Both the position numbers and the translations under genes were made by a program. This document shows positions 34,145 through 43,976 of a stretch of DNA of 64,000 bases, in pieces; position 1 is the stretch's first letter; every line of letters begins with the position of its first letter. Under the pieces are notes generated by a model that had not been told where the DNA came from, did not search any database, and worked only from the letters and a program-made list of their open reading frames with translations. The DNA lies in the IMG/VR virus record IMGVR_UViG_3300023174_005338, positions 186,001 to 250,000 of that record, one strand, 5' to 3'.

Positions 34145-34612
34145 ATGATATTCAATCATATTCGTAAACTCAAAGAAGACGGCAAGAAGATTGGCATCAC
34201 ATTTTCAACATTTGATATGTTGCATGCCGGTCACATTGCCATGTTGGCCGAGGCCAAGAATCATTGCGATTATCTAATTGCCGGCTTACAAACAGATCCC
34301 ACAATTGATCGTCCAAACACCAAAAACAAACCTGTACAAAGTATTGTAGAGCGTCAAATACAATTGGCAGCCTGTCGATATGTTGACGAGGTAGTAGTGT
34401 ATCAAACAGAACAGGATCTAGTGGACCTATTGCTAATACTTCCATTGGATGTTCGTGTGCTTGGTGTTGAATATCAAGACAAAGAATACACTGGTAAAAA
34501 GGAAGGCGCAGTTCGAGGCATTGTTCCAATTTTTAACGGTCGAGATCATTCATTCTCTAGTTCAGGTCTACGGCAACGTGTGGTGTCGGCCGAAGCCCAC
34601 AAGAAGAAGTAA
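34145..34612 (+). CDS. Cytidylyltransferase-like nucleotidyltransferase (TagD/RfaE-type)
   Basis: FSTFDMLHAGH (HxGH), CRYVDEVV, FSSSGLR. Confidence 0.85.
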   Translation: MIFNHIRKLKEDGKKIGITFSTFDMLHAGHIAMLAEAKNHCDYLIAGLQTDPTIDRPNTKNKPVQSIVERQIQLAACRYVDEVVVYQTEQDLVDLLLILPLDVRVLGVEYQDKEYTGKKEGAVRGIVPIFNGRDHSFSSSGLRQRVVSAEAHKKK

Positions 34613-34867
34613 GTGCAACGAATAAACTTCCATTCCTTTGGCATGGGCGATGTGGAGGATCCAGAATTGTATGCGGCATTGCCCTTGGGCGAGTTCATGG
34701 AAACTGAAAAAGGTCAATGGATCCGAGCGAACTGTGCGGATCCACAATACATTATCCGTCCTGACCCAAACACATATGGTACCCGTGTGATTGTGTATGG
34801 TGAGGTAGAGGACAGATCAGCAACGGAGTATTATTTACGATGGAACAAAATAGAACAATCCTGGTAA
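34613..34867 (+). CDS. Small hypothetical protein
   Basis: GTG start right after previous stop; ends EDRSATEYYLRW. Confidence 0.6.
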   Translation: MQRINFHSFGMGDVEDPELYAALPLGEFMETEKGQWIRANCADPQYIIRPDPNTYGTRVIVYGEVEDRSATEYYLRWNKIEQSW

Positions 34868-35817
34868 CAGGTGGCCTGGGTCTTATTGGGCACAATGTAG
34901 TAGCACAATTAGAACAACAAGGTCATCACGTGATCATTACCGATACCAAAACCAACTATGGAATTATTCCGCCGGCGGAGTTAGATTATCTCCTAACCGA
35001 ACGCCGTAAAAAAATAATCACAGATAGAATTTACAGCATAGACATTGCCGATCATGAAGGAATCAATTGGTTGATACGCACTCATCGCCCAGATACCGTA
35101 GTACATTTGGCCAGCTTTCCTCGACAAAAAGTTGTCAACGCAGACCCTCAATGGGGTAGTCGTACCATGAGCGAAGGACTGCTAAATTTATTAGAAGCTT
35201 CCAAAGCACACAATGTCTGCAAATTTGTTTACATCAGCAGTAGCATGGTCTACGGGGATTTTGCAGATGACGTCACAGAAGATGCCCAATGCCGACCACA
35301 GGGGCAGTATGGTATTATGAAACTGGCCGGCGAATGGCTTGTGCGAGATTACACACGTCGTACCAACATGTCACACATCATAATAAGGCCCAGTGCGGTG
35401 TATGGTCCATTGGATGTAGAGGATCGTGTGATTTCAAAATTCTTATTGACCGCCATGCGTGGTGGCGTTGTCAAGGTCAACGGCGCAACAGAAACCCTGG
35501 ATTTTACCTATGTAGATGATGCTGCCAAAGGTATAGTTGCCGCTACATTACTTGATGTTGTCAACAAAACATACAACATCACAAAAAGTCATTCACGTAG
35601 CTTGCTTGAAGCTGCCAAGTTGGCCGTCAAAATTGTTGGCAAAGGTATCATACAGATTCAAGACAAGGACGAAGATTTTCCTAGTCGTGGTGCATTAAAT
35701 ATACAAGCGGCGCAACAAGATCTTGGGTTTGATCCCCAAGTGGATGTAGAAGAAGGGTTTCAAAACTACTATGAATGGCTTAAACATTCCGTTTACTGGT
35801 CTCAAAAAACAGTATAA
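34840..35817 (+). CDS. NAD-dependent epimerase/dehydratase
   Basis: TGGLGLIG, YISSSMVYG, catalytic YGIMK, RPSAVYGP, DFTYVDD. Confidence 0.9.
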   Translation: MEQNRTILVTGGLGLIGHNVVAQLEQQGHHVIITDTKTNYGIIPPAELDYLLTERRKKIITDRIYSIDIADHEGINWLIRTHRPDTVVHLASFPRQKVVNADPQWGSRTMSEGLLNLLEASKAHNVCKFVYISSSMVYGDFADDVTEDAQCRPQGQYGIMKLAGEWLVRDYTRRTNMSHIIIRPSAVYGPLDVEDRVISKFLLTAMRGGVVKVNGATETLDFTYVDDAAKGIVAATLLDVVNKTYNITKSHSRSLLEAAKLAVKIVGKGIIQIQDKDEDFPSRGALNIQAAQQDLGFDPQVDVEEGFQNYYEWLKHSVYWSQKTV

Positions 35818-36847
35818 CAATCTAAGAACTGAAATCCTAGATGTAACCGATGCTGTGCTTAGGTCAGGCGATCTCATGAACGGCAACTATACCTTAGAGT
35901 TTGAAAACTGGTTGGCCAAAAAAAATCATGTAAAGTATGCTGTGACAGTGCATTCTGGCACACATGCCCTGGAAGCTATCGCTGAATACTATGCCACACA
36001 GACCTATATGCCTAGACCACCGCGTGTGTTAGTGCCGGCCATGACTTATGTGGCCACAGCCAATGCTTTCCTAAGAGCAGGATGGACCATGACCATAATA
36101 GACACCGACTATCATGGACTCATGGATCATAAAAAGATCGACAATACAGAAAGTTATCAAGCCATAGTAGCCGTTGGCCTGTACGGAGCCGCAGTACCCC
36201 GACACGAATACTTGAACAATCGCAGCGTGGTCATAGAAGACGGTGCCCAACACTGGCTGGCCAGCGACAGTCATCGAATAGGCAACAGTTGTGCCATCAG
36301 TTTTGATCCCATGAAGAATTTAAACAGTTATGGCAATGGTGGTGCTGTGGTCACCGATGACATAGACTTGCTGGAGTTTGTGCGTGAATGGCGCAATAAT
36401 TCTAAACCACATCATCAAACAACCGGTACCAACAGCCGCATGAGTGAGATAGATTGTGCGCAGATGATGGTCAAAACAAGGCACATAGATGCCTGGCAAC
36501 TGCGTCGTGGAGAAATAGTCAAGTATTGGATGGATCGCTTGCGAGGTACCGCAGCTCGCACTCTCATAGACAACAACAACTACGGCACGCATGCCTATCA
36601 CAAGTTTGTGATTGAGGTGTCCAACCGCGACACAGTGCAAAGGAATCTTGATCTGCGAAAGATAGAAACTCGCATACACTACCGCGAGCCTTTGCATGAA
36701 TTGCCGGCCTATGCAGAGTTTCCAGGACCTGACATGCTGAGTGCGGCCAGCAGTCTTGCACGCAGGGCACTAAGCCTGCCTCTTTATCCAGAACTTACAG
36801 ATCTGGAAGTGGACTACATTATTGATTCGTTAACAGATTGCGTTTGA
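35771..36847 (+). CDS. DegT/DnrJ/EryC1/StrS-family PLP sugar aminotransferase
   Basis: HSGTHAL, PAMTYVATAN, IEDGAQ, SFDPMKNL (PLP Lys), GNGGAV, LSLPLYP. Confidence 0.9.
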   Translation: MNGLNIPFTGLKKQYNNLRTEILDVTDAVLRSGDLMNGNYTLEFENWLAKKNHVKYAVTVHSGTHALEAIAEYYATQTYMPRPPRVLVPAMTYVATANAFLRAGWTMTIIDTDYHGLMDHKKIDNTESYQAIVAVGLYGAAVPRHEYLNNRSVVIEDGAQHWLASDSHRIGNSCAISFDPMKNLNSYGNGGAVVTDDIDLLEFVREWRNNSKPHHQTTGTNSRMSEIDCAQMMVKTRHIDAWQLRRGEIVKYWMDRLRGTAARTLIDNNNYGTHAYHKFVIEVSNRDTVQRNLDLRKIETRIHYREPLHELPAYAEFPGPDMLSAASSLARRALSLPLYPELTDLEVDYIIDSLTDCV

Positions 36848-38621
36848 TCAGGGCATAAGTGGCCAACCAGTCCCAGTCGTAGCTTTTGCGTAGTTGTTCC
36901 AAGTCTCCGTTGACTTCTTTGTAGTATTCTACTGCGTCCTCGGCGCCCCATTGGCTCCATTCTGAGTTTATTACAGTCTCGGGCACGGGTCCAAGCCAGC
37001 GATCCAATCTATATTTGCTTTCCACATCAGTTTGGCCACACAGCTTCACACACTCGCGAAATGCTGTGCGCCAGGCCATCCAGCGAGTTGAAGCATATTC
37101 AGCTGTGCCAGAAAGTATAGGAACAACTTCATGAGCACTATCCAAGGTAAAATCCAATCCTCGACCTAAATTGTTTAACACCAGTTTTTTATTGTATGCT
37201 ATCATGGCTTGGTGTCCATAGGTCAATCCATTTACAGGATTATGTGCATGGAAGATATAGTGTTTGGGTTCTTGTAATCTATCTGGTTGCCATGACCAAT
37301 CAAACTCTGGGTTGACTTGTAGCTTGGCAAACACAGCAAAGAACCAAGGTGTAGTACTGAGTTCTGCTGCAGCATGATATGCAGCCACACGTCCTGTGAC
37401 TCCTCGACTGACAGTCACACGATTATCTCGGCTGGCCGTTGCCAAAGACAATGCACGCAAGTTTTCCAAGGCATTGGGTTCACCATTTTCTATAAACACT
37501 ATATCAATTGGCTGTTCATCGTGCAGGTGTCTCTGTGTGCGATCTATATAGGAATAATCATAGAGTTGTGTTTTGATATAAGGCACCGCTGTCTTGGGAA
37601 CAATAACTTGGCTTGCTCCTGCACTAAGCGGCACAACGGTCTTGGTTTTTTCTCGCCACAATGGCACTGTAGGAACCTGTGAGACTGGTTCAGTGGCAAA
37701 CACTGCCAAGGGCCCGGCCCAAGAAATAGTTTTGACAGCTTCAACATGTGTATCATGATTGTGTAGTATCACTGGCAAAGGCCGGCGTGGAACTGATGTG
37801 CCAACAAAATTCAGGTCATACCAATCCAACAGTTCAAACTGACCTATGCGTTGGCGGAAGCTGGGCACATGCATGTAGAACGTGTCGCCGAACTTTTCAC
37901 CATCGCTGGCGAACACATGGAGCATGGTGCTTTGCCAAAATTCTGGATGCCAGCTAAAATCAAATCCACGGTAATCACACACACTACTAACAATCCAAAC
38001 ATATTCATGTTCAACTGTGTTAGCTATACGAGTTAATACATCTTTATAATTATCAAAATACCTAACAGTCTTGATAGCATTGGCAACTTGTCCAGCATTG
38101 CCATCCATGTGATCTATTTCTATGATGGGCGTGACTCCTTGTTTGGCACTGCCTCGTATCTGATCCACAAACTTGAGATCCGGACCTCCGTTGAAGTATT
38201 GTGGACCACCGGTGCGTTGATGTTGTGTACCAAATTGATAAGTGTAGGGCGGATCTGTGGGATCAGGATGCCATGACCAATCAAAACTTTCCACGTCAAA
38301 TCCTGCAGGTATGGTCCAGCTGGGTAAATCGTAATAGCGAGTTAGTTGTTTTTCAGTTCTATAGTGTGTTTCTGTGTAGTCACGTTTAGGCACTAGATAT
38401 GTACCTGAGTCTTTTTGCCATTGACTGGCCCAGGCATGACGTTGATGTGCTTGCCAGGGCACTGGTTCCCAAAGAAAATCAAAGCCAGTGTAGTCAGTTA
38501 AATAGTTGACCCACCAAAAATATCTAGTCCTACAGAGTTGTTGTGCATGTTCAAGGTTGTCAGCCTGCTGTTCATGTGCAAACAAGTTGGGTCGAATTCC
38601 AGAATAAAATACGTCAAACAT
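36819..38621 (-). CDS. Two-module glycosyltransferase-like hypothetical protein
   Basis: Repeated FD(W/F)xWxP motifs; C-terminal module (IDIVFIENGEPNA...AWRTAFRECVKL) resembles 52631-53560. Confidence 0.5.
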   Translation of the reverse strand: MFDVFYSGIRPNLFAHEQQADNLEHAQQLCRTRYFWWVNYLTDYTGFDFLWEPVPWQAHQRHAWASQWQKDSGTYLVPKRDYTETHYRTEKQLTRYYDLPSWTIPAGFDVESFDWSWHPDPTDPPYTYQFGTQHQRTGGPQYFNGGPDLKFVDQIRGSAKQGVTPIIEIDHMDGNAGQVANAIKTVRYFDNYKDVLTRIANTVEHEYVWIVSSVCDYRGFDFSWHPEFWQSTMLHVFASDGEKFGDTFYMHVPSFRQRIGQFELLDWYDLNFVGTSVPRRPLPVILHNHDTHVEAVKTISWAGPLAVFATEPVSQVPTVPLWREKTKTVVPLSAGASQVIVPKTAVPYIKTQLYDYSYIDRTQRHLHDEQPIDIVFIENGEPNALENLRALSLATASRDNRVTVSRGVTGRVAAYHAAAELSTTPWFFAVFAKLQVNPEFDWSWQPDRLQEPKHYIFHAHNPVNGLTYGHQAMIAYNKKLVLNNLGRGLDFTLDSAHEVVPILSGTAEYASTRWMAWRTAFRECVKLCGQTDVESKYRLDRWLGPVPETVINSEWSQWGAEDAVEYYKEVNGDLEQLRKSYDWDWLATYALIKRNLLTNQ

Positions 38622-39723
38622 GATTAGAATAGATGAGATTTACAACCATACATTTTGGCCTTGGCTTGAAAAAAATAGGCCAGGAACCAGAATGTTTTTT
38701 TGTGATCCACCGGGCCATACCGATCCTGAACATTTATTTAATCTAGGCCATGATGATGTCATAGAAACTGACTATGTGTTTTTTCACGATCAAGAACCGG
38801 TGGACGTTGATTTATATAGCCAGTTGTTTGATGACGTATTACGTAGAAACTCAGACGTATGGTGGCCAAACAAACCCATACCATTTGGGCACGTAATAGT
38901 GAGCGAGCGCGGTGATAGTGTAAAAAAACTATGTGACACATATGAATGGACCAGTCATTATTATTTTTACCATGGGTGGGCATGCTTAGATTGGTTCCGT
39001 GGTTATGATCGAACATTTTTAATTCCTCGCGCTCAATATAGAAATCCCATTCAAACGTTTATGAGTCCAAATCGCATTGTGGCCGGTAAAAGAGATCATC
39101 GTGTGTTGTTTCTTTACCATGTGTTCAAGCAAGGGCTGGCACATAATCATATCAGCGCACCCAGAATATGTCAATATGAAAATGTAGATATAACAAGTAT
39201 AGCACAAAAGTACGACAATGTATACCAGGACATTGCCACAGTTTTTGATCAAGCACAATTGCCCAGACTATTTGCCGGAGAAGAAACACAACAAATGACC
39301 AGTTGCTGGTTGGGAAACTTCGCCGAAGCACAGGACAGCCTGGTGTACGTGCCTACGGAAACAGTGTATTTTGGTCGTAGAACACACCTCACTGAAAAAA
39401 CATTCAAGGCCATTGCCCTGGAGATGCCGTTTGTGTTGGTGGCACCTGCTGGCAGTCTTGAATACATGCGTGAATACGGATTCCAAACCTTTGCTGGTAT
39501 CTTGGACGAAAGCTATGACGAAGAAACCGATGACCTTCGACGGGTAGAACGGGTAGTAAAACTTTTGAAAGATCTGGACGATCTCAGTGTACGTGAGCGA
39601 CAACAGATACATCAAGCCTGCTTGCCCCGAGTAGAACACAACTACAATCATTTTTATCGCAGTGGATTTAGCGACATACTGTGGAGTGAATTGATCAACA
39701 TGTTAAATGGCCTACCAGTTTAA
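38620..39723 (+). CDS. Hypothetical protein, GT-B/fucosyltransferase-like C-terminus
   Basis: ETVYF...LTEKTFKAI...GFQTF...DESYD; paralogues at 39707 and 50163. Confidence 0.55.
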   Translation: MIRIDEIYNHTFWPWLEKNRPGTRMFFCDPPGHTDPEHLFNLGHDDVIETDYVFFHDQEPVDVDLYSQLFDDVLRRNSDVWWPNKPIPFGHVIVSERGDSVKKLCDTYEWTSHYYFYHGWACLDWFRGYDRTFLIPRAQYRNPIQTFMSPNRIVAGKRDHRVLFLYHVFKQGLAHNHISAPRICQYENVDITSIAQKYDNVYQDIATVFDQAQLPRLFAGEETQQMTSCWLGNFAEAQDSLVYVPTETVYFGRRTHLTEKTFKAIALEMPFVLVAPAGSLEYMREYGFQTFAGILDESYDEETDDLRRVERVVKLLKDLDDLSVRERQQIHQACLPRVEHNYNHFYRSGFSDILWSELINMLNGLPV

Positions 39724-40897
39724 TTTTGCTGCTGATACCGTGTCGAGAAGCAAGGCTTATCCGGCCTTGGCCAAATGGTCCGCGCAACCTTATACCGCAG
39801 AGTGGCGTCAATTCCGTTATCACTGGCCTTACACTGTGCCCTGCGAACTGCACGAACATTGTGCCACCCATGATTTTTCTCATCACATTCACACTGTAGA
39901 GAATTGCTCTGGTGCAAAAAATTTCTATACCGTTGGCTTGGGATTCTTTGATTTCAATATTGATTATTTTTCTTTGATTCCCGATCAAGTGTTTGAACGT
40001 GGTATCACTGTGGTCTTTTACTATCACGAAGGAGACAATCCCTATCGCATAAAACATCGCCTGGATCGACTGTGTGCCAGCCATGGGCTAGATCTCAAAT
40101 GCTATCGTTTTGTATCAGGTAACACCGCTGCCGATCAAATAGAAAACTTTGCCTGGTTTCCAGATCATGAGTTATTATACTGGCATCGCAATCAATCAGT
40201 GCCTGCTACACCCATTCACTTTGACCCCAGACCTTATTGGTTTACCATATTGAATCGCACTCACAAATGGTGGCGTGCCACAGTCATGGCTGATTTACAG
40301 CGTGCCGGCATGTTAGATGTGAGCCAATGGAGTTACAACACTGACATAACTGTAGGTGACGATGCCGCAGACAATCCCATAGAAGTAGATGTGTTGGGCC
40401 TACGTGACGATGTGTCACAATTCCTTAAACGTGGACCTTATGCCTGCGACAACTTCACTGCTGATCAACACAATGATCATCATTTGCACGTGAATCGGTA
40501 TTACACAGACAGCTACTGCCATGTTGCAATAGAAACACACTTTGATACCGATCAGTCGGGCGGTGCTTTTCTCACAGAAAAAACATTCAAACCCATCAAA
40601 CATGGCCAACCTTTTGTGATAGTTGGTGCGGCTGGCAGTTTACAGGCCCTGCGAGATCTGGGTTATCGTACATTTGATCATGTGATTGATCCCAGTTATG
40701 ATTTGGAAACTGACAACACTCGACGTTGGCAAAAAATCTTGACCACAATACAGTACATACAAGCACAAGATCCAGATCAGTGGTTTCAACAATGTGCCAA
40801 CGACATCCAACACAATCAACGACATTTTTTAAGTTCAAAATACGACAGATTAAATACCTTATATGATAAACTCCTACACCAGCTGGCAACCACTTGA
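39707..40897 (+). CDS. Hypothetical protein, GT-B/fucosyltransferase-like C-terminus
   Basis: ETHFD...FLTEKTFKPI...GYRTF...DPSYD. Confidence 0.55.
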   Translation: MAYQFNFAADTVSRSKAYPALAKWSAQPYTAEWRQFRYHWPYTVPCELHEHCATHDFSHHIHTVENCSGAKNFYTVGLGFFDFNIDYFSLIPDQVFERGITVVFYYHEGDNPYRIKHRLDRLCASHGLDLKCYRFVSGNTAADQIENFAWFPDHELLYWHRNQSVPATPIHFDPRPYWFTILNRTHKWWRATVMADLQRAGMLDVSQWSYNTDITVGDDAADNPIEVDVLGLRDDVSQFLKRGPYACDNFTADQHNDHHLHVNRYYTDSYCHVAIETHFDTDQSGGAFLTEKTFKPIKHGQPFVIVGAAGSLQALRDLGYRTFDHVIDPSYDLETDNTRRWQKILTTIQYIQAQDPDQWFQQCANDIQHNQRHFLSSKYDRLNTLYDKLLHQLATT

Positions 40898-41882
40898 AGA
40901 AGTCATAGTGGGTCGTGCCTACAGCCCTGACTACTTTGACTTTATTGACAATGCCCAAGTTCGCTGTCAATTACAGCAGATCCTGGCTGAAACCCAAGAG
41001 GACCTTGACAATCTCCAAAGGACCATAGAACAATACGGAGCCCGTGTGCGTAGACCAAATCTACCACCAAAAGATCAGTTTATATGGTTTCAGACTGAAG
41101 GTGGAGGTGCTCCGTTGCCTCCGCTGACACCAAGAGATTGGCAAATTAGTCTGGGGCAAAAACTCTTGCGTGTGCTCAACATGCCTGAGCTGGATGACAT
41201 CTGTAATGACTATTCTGATCAGGTTGTAAACCCACACAAAAAACGTTGGGATCCTGAGTGCTTACTCAATGGTGCCAGTGCAAGTTGTATTGTGCGTGTA
41301 GGACGTGATGTGTTTTTTGACAACAGCGATTTTCTACGACCAGAACAAACAGCCTGGATAGTAGAAAATTGTCTAGGACCTGAATACAGAATACACGAAG
41401 CTGTCACCGACGGTCATGGTGATGCTGTGTTTGCTATTTTGAAACCTGGTGTGATATTAAGCAGTAAACATGACATGCACCTAAACTTGGCACAAGATTT
41501 TCCAGGTTGGGAAGTATTAAAGATCTGGGATAGCAGCATCTGGGCCGCCATGGAAGTGGGCAAGTTCAAATACGAAGAGTCGCCAGGAGCATGGTATGTG
41601 CAGGGACAGACGCCCACACCCGAGTTCACGCAATTTGTTGATACCTACCTAAACAAGTGGACTGGCTTTGTGGCCGAAACTGTGTTTGATGTCAACTGCC
41701 TGGTGCTGGATGAAGAAAATGTGATATTCAGTGCCTACAACAAACAGGTTTTTGATTTCTGCAAGCAACACAGGATCAATCCCATAATCGCAGAATTGCG
41801 TCATAGTTATTTTTGGGATGGTGGTATAAGTTGTTGCACCCAAGATCTACGTCGTCGCGGTGGTCTTGAGACTTATTTGTAA
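40863..41882 (+). CDS. Amidinotransferase-family (pentein) protein
   Basis: NSYTSWQPLEEVIVG, PRD, GHGD, C-terminal GGISCCT. Confidence 0.8.
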   Translation: MINSYTSWQPLEEVIVGRAYSPDYFDFIDNAQVRCQLQQILAETQEDLDNLQRTIEQYGARVRRPNLPPKDQFIWFQTEGGGAPLPPLTPRDWQISLGQKLLRVLNMPELDDICNDYSDQVVNPHKKRWDPECLLNGASASCIVRVGRDVFFDNSDFLRPEQTAWIVENCLGPEYRIHEAVTDGHGDAVFAILKPGVILSSKHDMHLNLAQDFPGWEVLKIWDSSIWAAMEVGKFKYEESPGAWYVQGQTPTPEFTQFVDTYLNKWTGFVAETVFDVNCLVLDEENVIFSAYNKQVFDFCKQHRINPIIAELRHSYFWDGGISCCTQDLRRRGGLETYL

Positions 41883-42415
41883 AAATAAAAATAACTGCTG
41901 AGTCTGTAGGCGTCTGCTGGCACAGGATTAAACATACCATGCCATTGTAAGGGCTGGCTACCGTCAGGATCAAGATGATTCAACATGATGTAGCCTGAAT
42001 TGGGCACACTGTCAAATTGATGTTTCAAACTATTTGTGTTTTTAAAATGATAAAACCCAGTTCCGTACTGGTCACTGGGCATTATCCAATATAGTTGCAT
42101 GGCATTAGGTAAATGCCCGTCGGTGTGCATGCTACAAGTAAATCCAGGTTCGTCCAACCACCAGTGCCCGTGGCAGGATTGAAATTCAGTGCCCAGGCTC
42201 TGATTGATTGTTGGCAAACACTTTTCTATGTATCGATTGACTTGTCTGACTCGTGAGTCATCATTTGTAATTTTTCTACGGGGCCAATTTTCTTGAAGAT
42301 TTTCTTTTTGCCAAGGCAGTTCAGTCCATTGTATTACTAAAATTTCATTCAATTGCTCTTGGGGCAACAGATCACTCACATGCCATAAACGATGATCAAT
42401 TTGTTCAATCATCAA
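41873..42415 (-). CDS. Putative 2OG-Fe(II) oxygenase-like protein
   Basis: MHTD (HxD), distal WHG, RLSSY. Confidence 0.5.
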   Translation of the reverse strand: MMIEQIDHRLWHVSDLLPQEQLNEILVIQWTELPWQKENLQENWPRRKITNDDSRVRQVNRYIEKCLPTINQSLGTEFQSCHGHWWLDEPGFTCSMHTDGHLPNAMQLYWIMPSDQYGTGFYHFKNTNSLKHQFDSVPNSGYIMLNHLDPDGSQPLQWHGMFNPVPADAYRLSSYFYFYK

Positions 42416-43878
42416 CTGAAAACCTTAACTCCATACTTTTGTTCAAATCTATCAGCGTCAGCACGATCGTTGATCATAGGCTCGCCTCTAATGTTGAGAC
42501 TGGTATTCAGCAACATGGGACATCCAGTGGCTTCATACCAGGCCTCTAAGAGCGATCTAATGCCTGAGCCGTCAGACGCAACAGTCTGTACTCGGCTAGT
42601 GTTATCCACATGACAGATAGCAGGGTATAGGTCAGGACGGCGGCAATTTGCGACTGACTGCATATAAGGACTGCTATGCCAACCGCGGGGCATATGAAAA
42701 AGTTCATGCACATGCTCTGCCAGGACAACCGGCGCAAACGGTCTAAACTTTTGCCTACGTTTGATCTCATTGACTTGATCCTTTATATCTGATCCTCGGG
42801 GATCGGCGAGGAGACTTCGATTTCCAAGGGCTCGGGGTCCAAATTCTGCTCGACCACTAGCGACACCGACGATTCTATCACTTTGTAAATGATCAACGAG
42901 GGCATCAACAGGATACGTTCCTGAGATTGCATGGCCAAGGAACGCATTCCGCCAGTGGAGGCGTCTTCCATGGGCCAGTGCGGCAGCACCAAGGCTGTTG
43001 CCAGCATCGCCAGGACAAGGCATGATCCAAATGTTTTCAAAATATTCACCGAGTTTTCTATTAGCAAGACAGTTCAAAGCCACGCCGCCCTGATAGACTA
43101 GATTAGAACTCCAGCCAAATTCTTGGGCACGACGCATAACACTATATATCAATTCTTCTGTTAAAACCTGGGCACTTGCGGCAATATCTTCGTTGGATGC
43201 AGACCGCAACCAGTCAGGCTCAATGCCTATGTGTAGATTGTCTTCCAGCAAGGCCCGGCATTCTTCAACGTAACATGGCTGTCCGTAGGCACTCATGCCC
43301 ATGGTGATGTATTCTTCATCTAGGGGGTGTAGGCCAATGCGCTGAGTAATCGCACTATAAAACAGCCCGATGCTCCTGGGATAAGTTTGGCTCCAAAGTT
43401 TCTTATAACATGCTCGATTTGTTGCGTTATATTCTGCTCCCCATATCGAGATGGTATCAAACTCGCCTATGGCATCTACGATCACACAAGTGGCACGATC
43501 GTAGGGGCTGGTTTGAAAACCTGCAGCCGCATGGCACAGGTGATGACTGTAAGTTTTTATCTGTCCGGGCGGATGTTGCAACCATGAGCCCAATTGATTC
43601 TTTAATATCTGCTTGACAGTCACATTGGACCAATCTATACCTTGTCCTGACACAAAATTACGTGCTTGTTTTAACCAAGGACGTTCATAATATGCAATGG
43701 TGTCTATGTCGTATTCACAGAATTCTGTCAATAATTCTGGACAAAGATTGGCATCGTTTTTCTTTTTTGAATATCGTTCGCTGTGACCGGCAAATACAAT
43801 TTCACCGTCGCTGCGTATGAGCGTGGCAGCTGCGTCATGAAATCCAGCACTGAGTCCCAGTGTGTACTGATGCTTCAT
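42412..43878 (-). CDS. Carbamoyltransferase (CmcH/NodU/TobZ family)
   Basis: GFHDAAA, HHLCHA, GGVALN, GPRALGNRSLLADPR, RPFAP, LNTSLN. Confidence 0.93.
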   Translation of the reverse strand: MKHQYTLGLSAGFHDAAATLIRSDGEIVFAGHSERYSKKKNDANLCPELLTEFCEYDIDTIAYYERPWLKQARNFVSGQGIDWSNVTVKQILKNQLGSWLQHPPGQIKTYSHHLCHAAAGFQTSPYDRATCVIVDAIGEFDTISIWGAEYNATNRACYKKLWSQTYPRSIGLFYSAITQRIGLHPLDEEYITMGMSAYGQPCYVEECRALLEDNLHIGIEPDWLRSASNEDIAASAQVLTEELIYSVMRRAQEFGWSSNLVYQGGVALNCLANRKLGEYFENIWIMPCPGDAGNSLGAAALAHGRRLHWRNAFLGHAISGTYPVDALVDHLQSDRIVGVASGRAEFGPRALGNRSLLADPRGSDIKDQVNEIKRRQKFRPFAPVVLAEHVHELFHMPRGWHSSPYMQSVANCRRPDLYPAICHVDNTSRVQTVASDGSGIRSLLEAWYEATGCPMLLNTSLNIRGEPMINDRADADRFEQKYGVKVFS

Positions 43879-43976
43879 TTGTAAATAAACGGGTCTCGTT
43901 TGCGAAGTTCTTTTAATTTTTTACGATAACGAATTTCTAATTTGATACGATCGATTAAGATTTTTATCCAAGACAT
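43875..43976 (-). CDS. 33 aa basic peptide MSWIKILIDRIKLEIRYRKKLKELRKRDPFIYK
   Basis: Manual translation; fills the gap and is ATGA-coupled to the carbamoyltransferase. Confidence 0.6.
   Translation of the reverse strand: MSWIKILIDRIKLEIRYRKKLKELRKRDPFIYK

Noticed and set aside
34145-34612. Teichoic-acid pathway (tagD) implying a Gram-positive host
   Set aside because: The HxGH family also serves LPS and capsule pathways; porin, Bug and DctP indicate a Gram-negative host.
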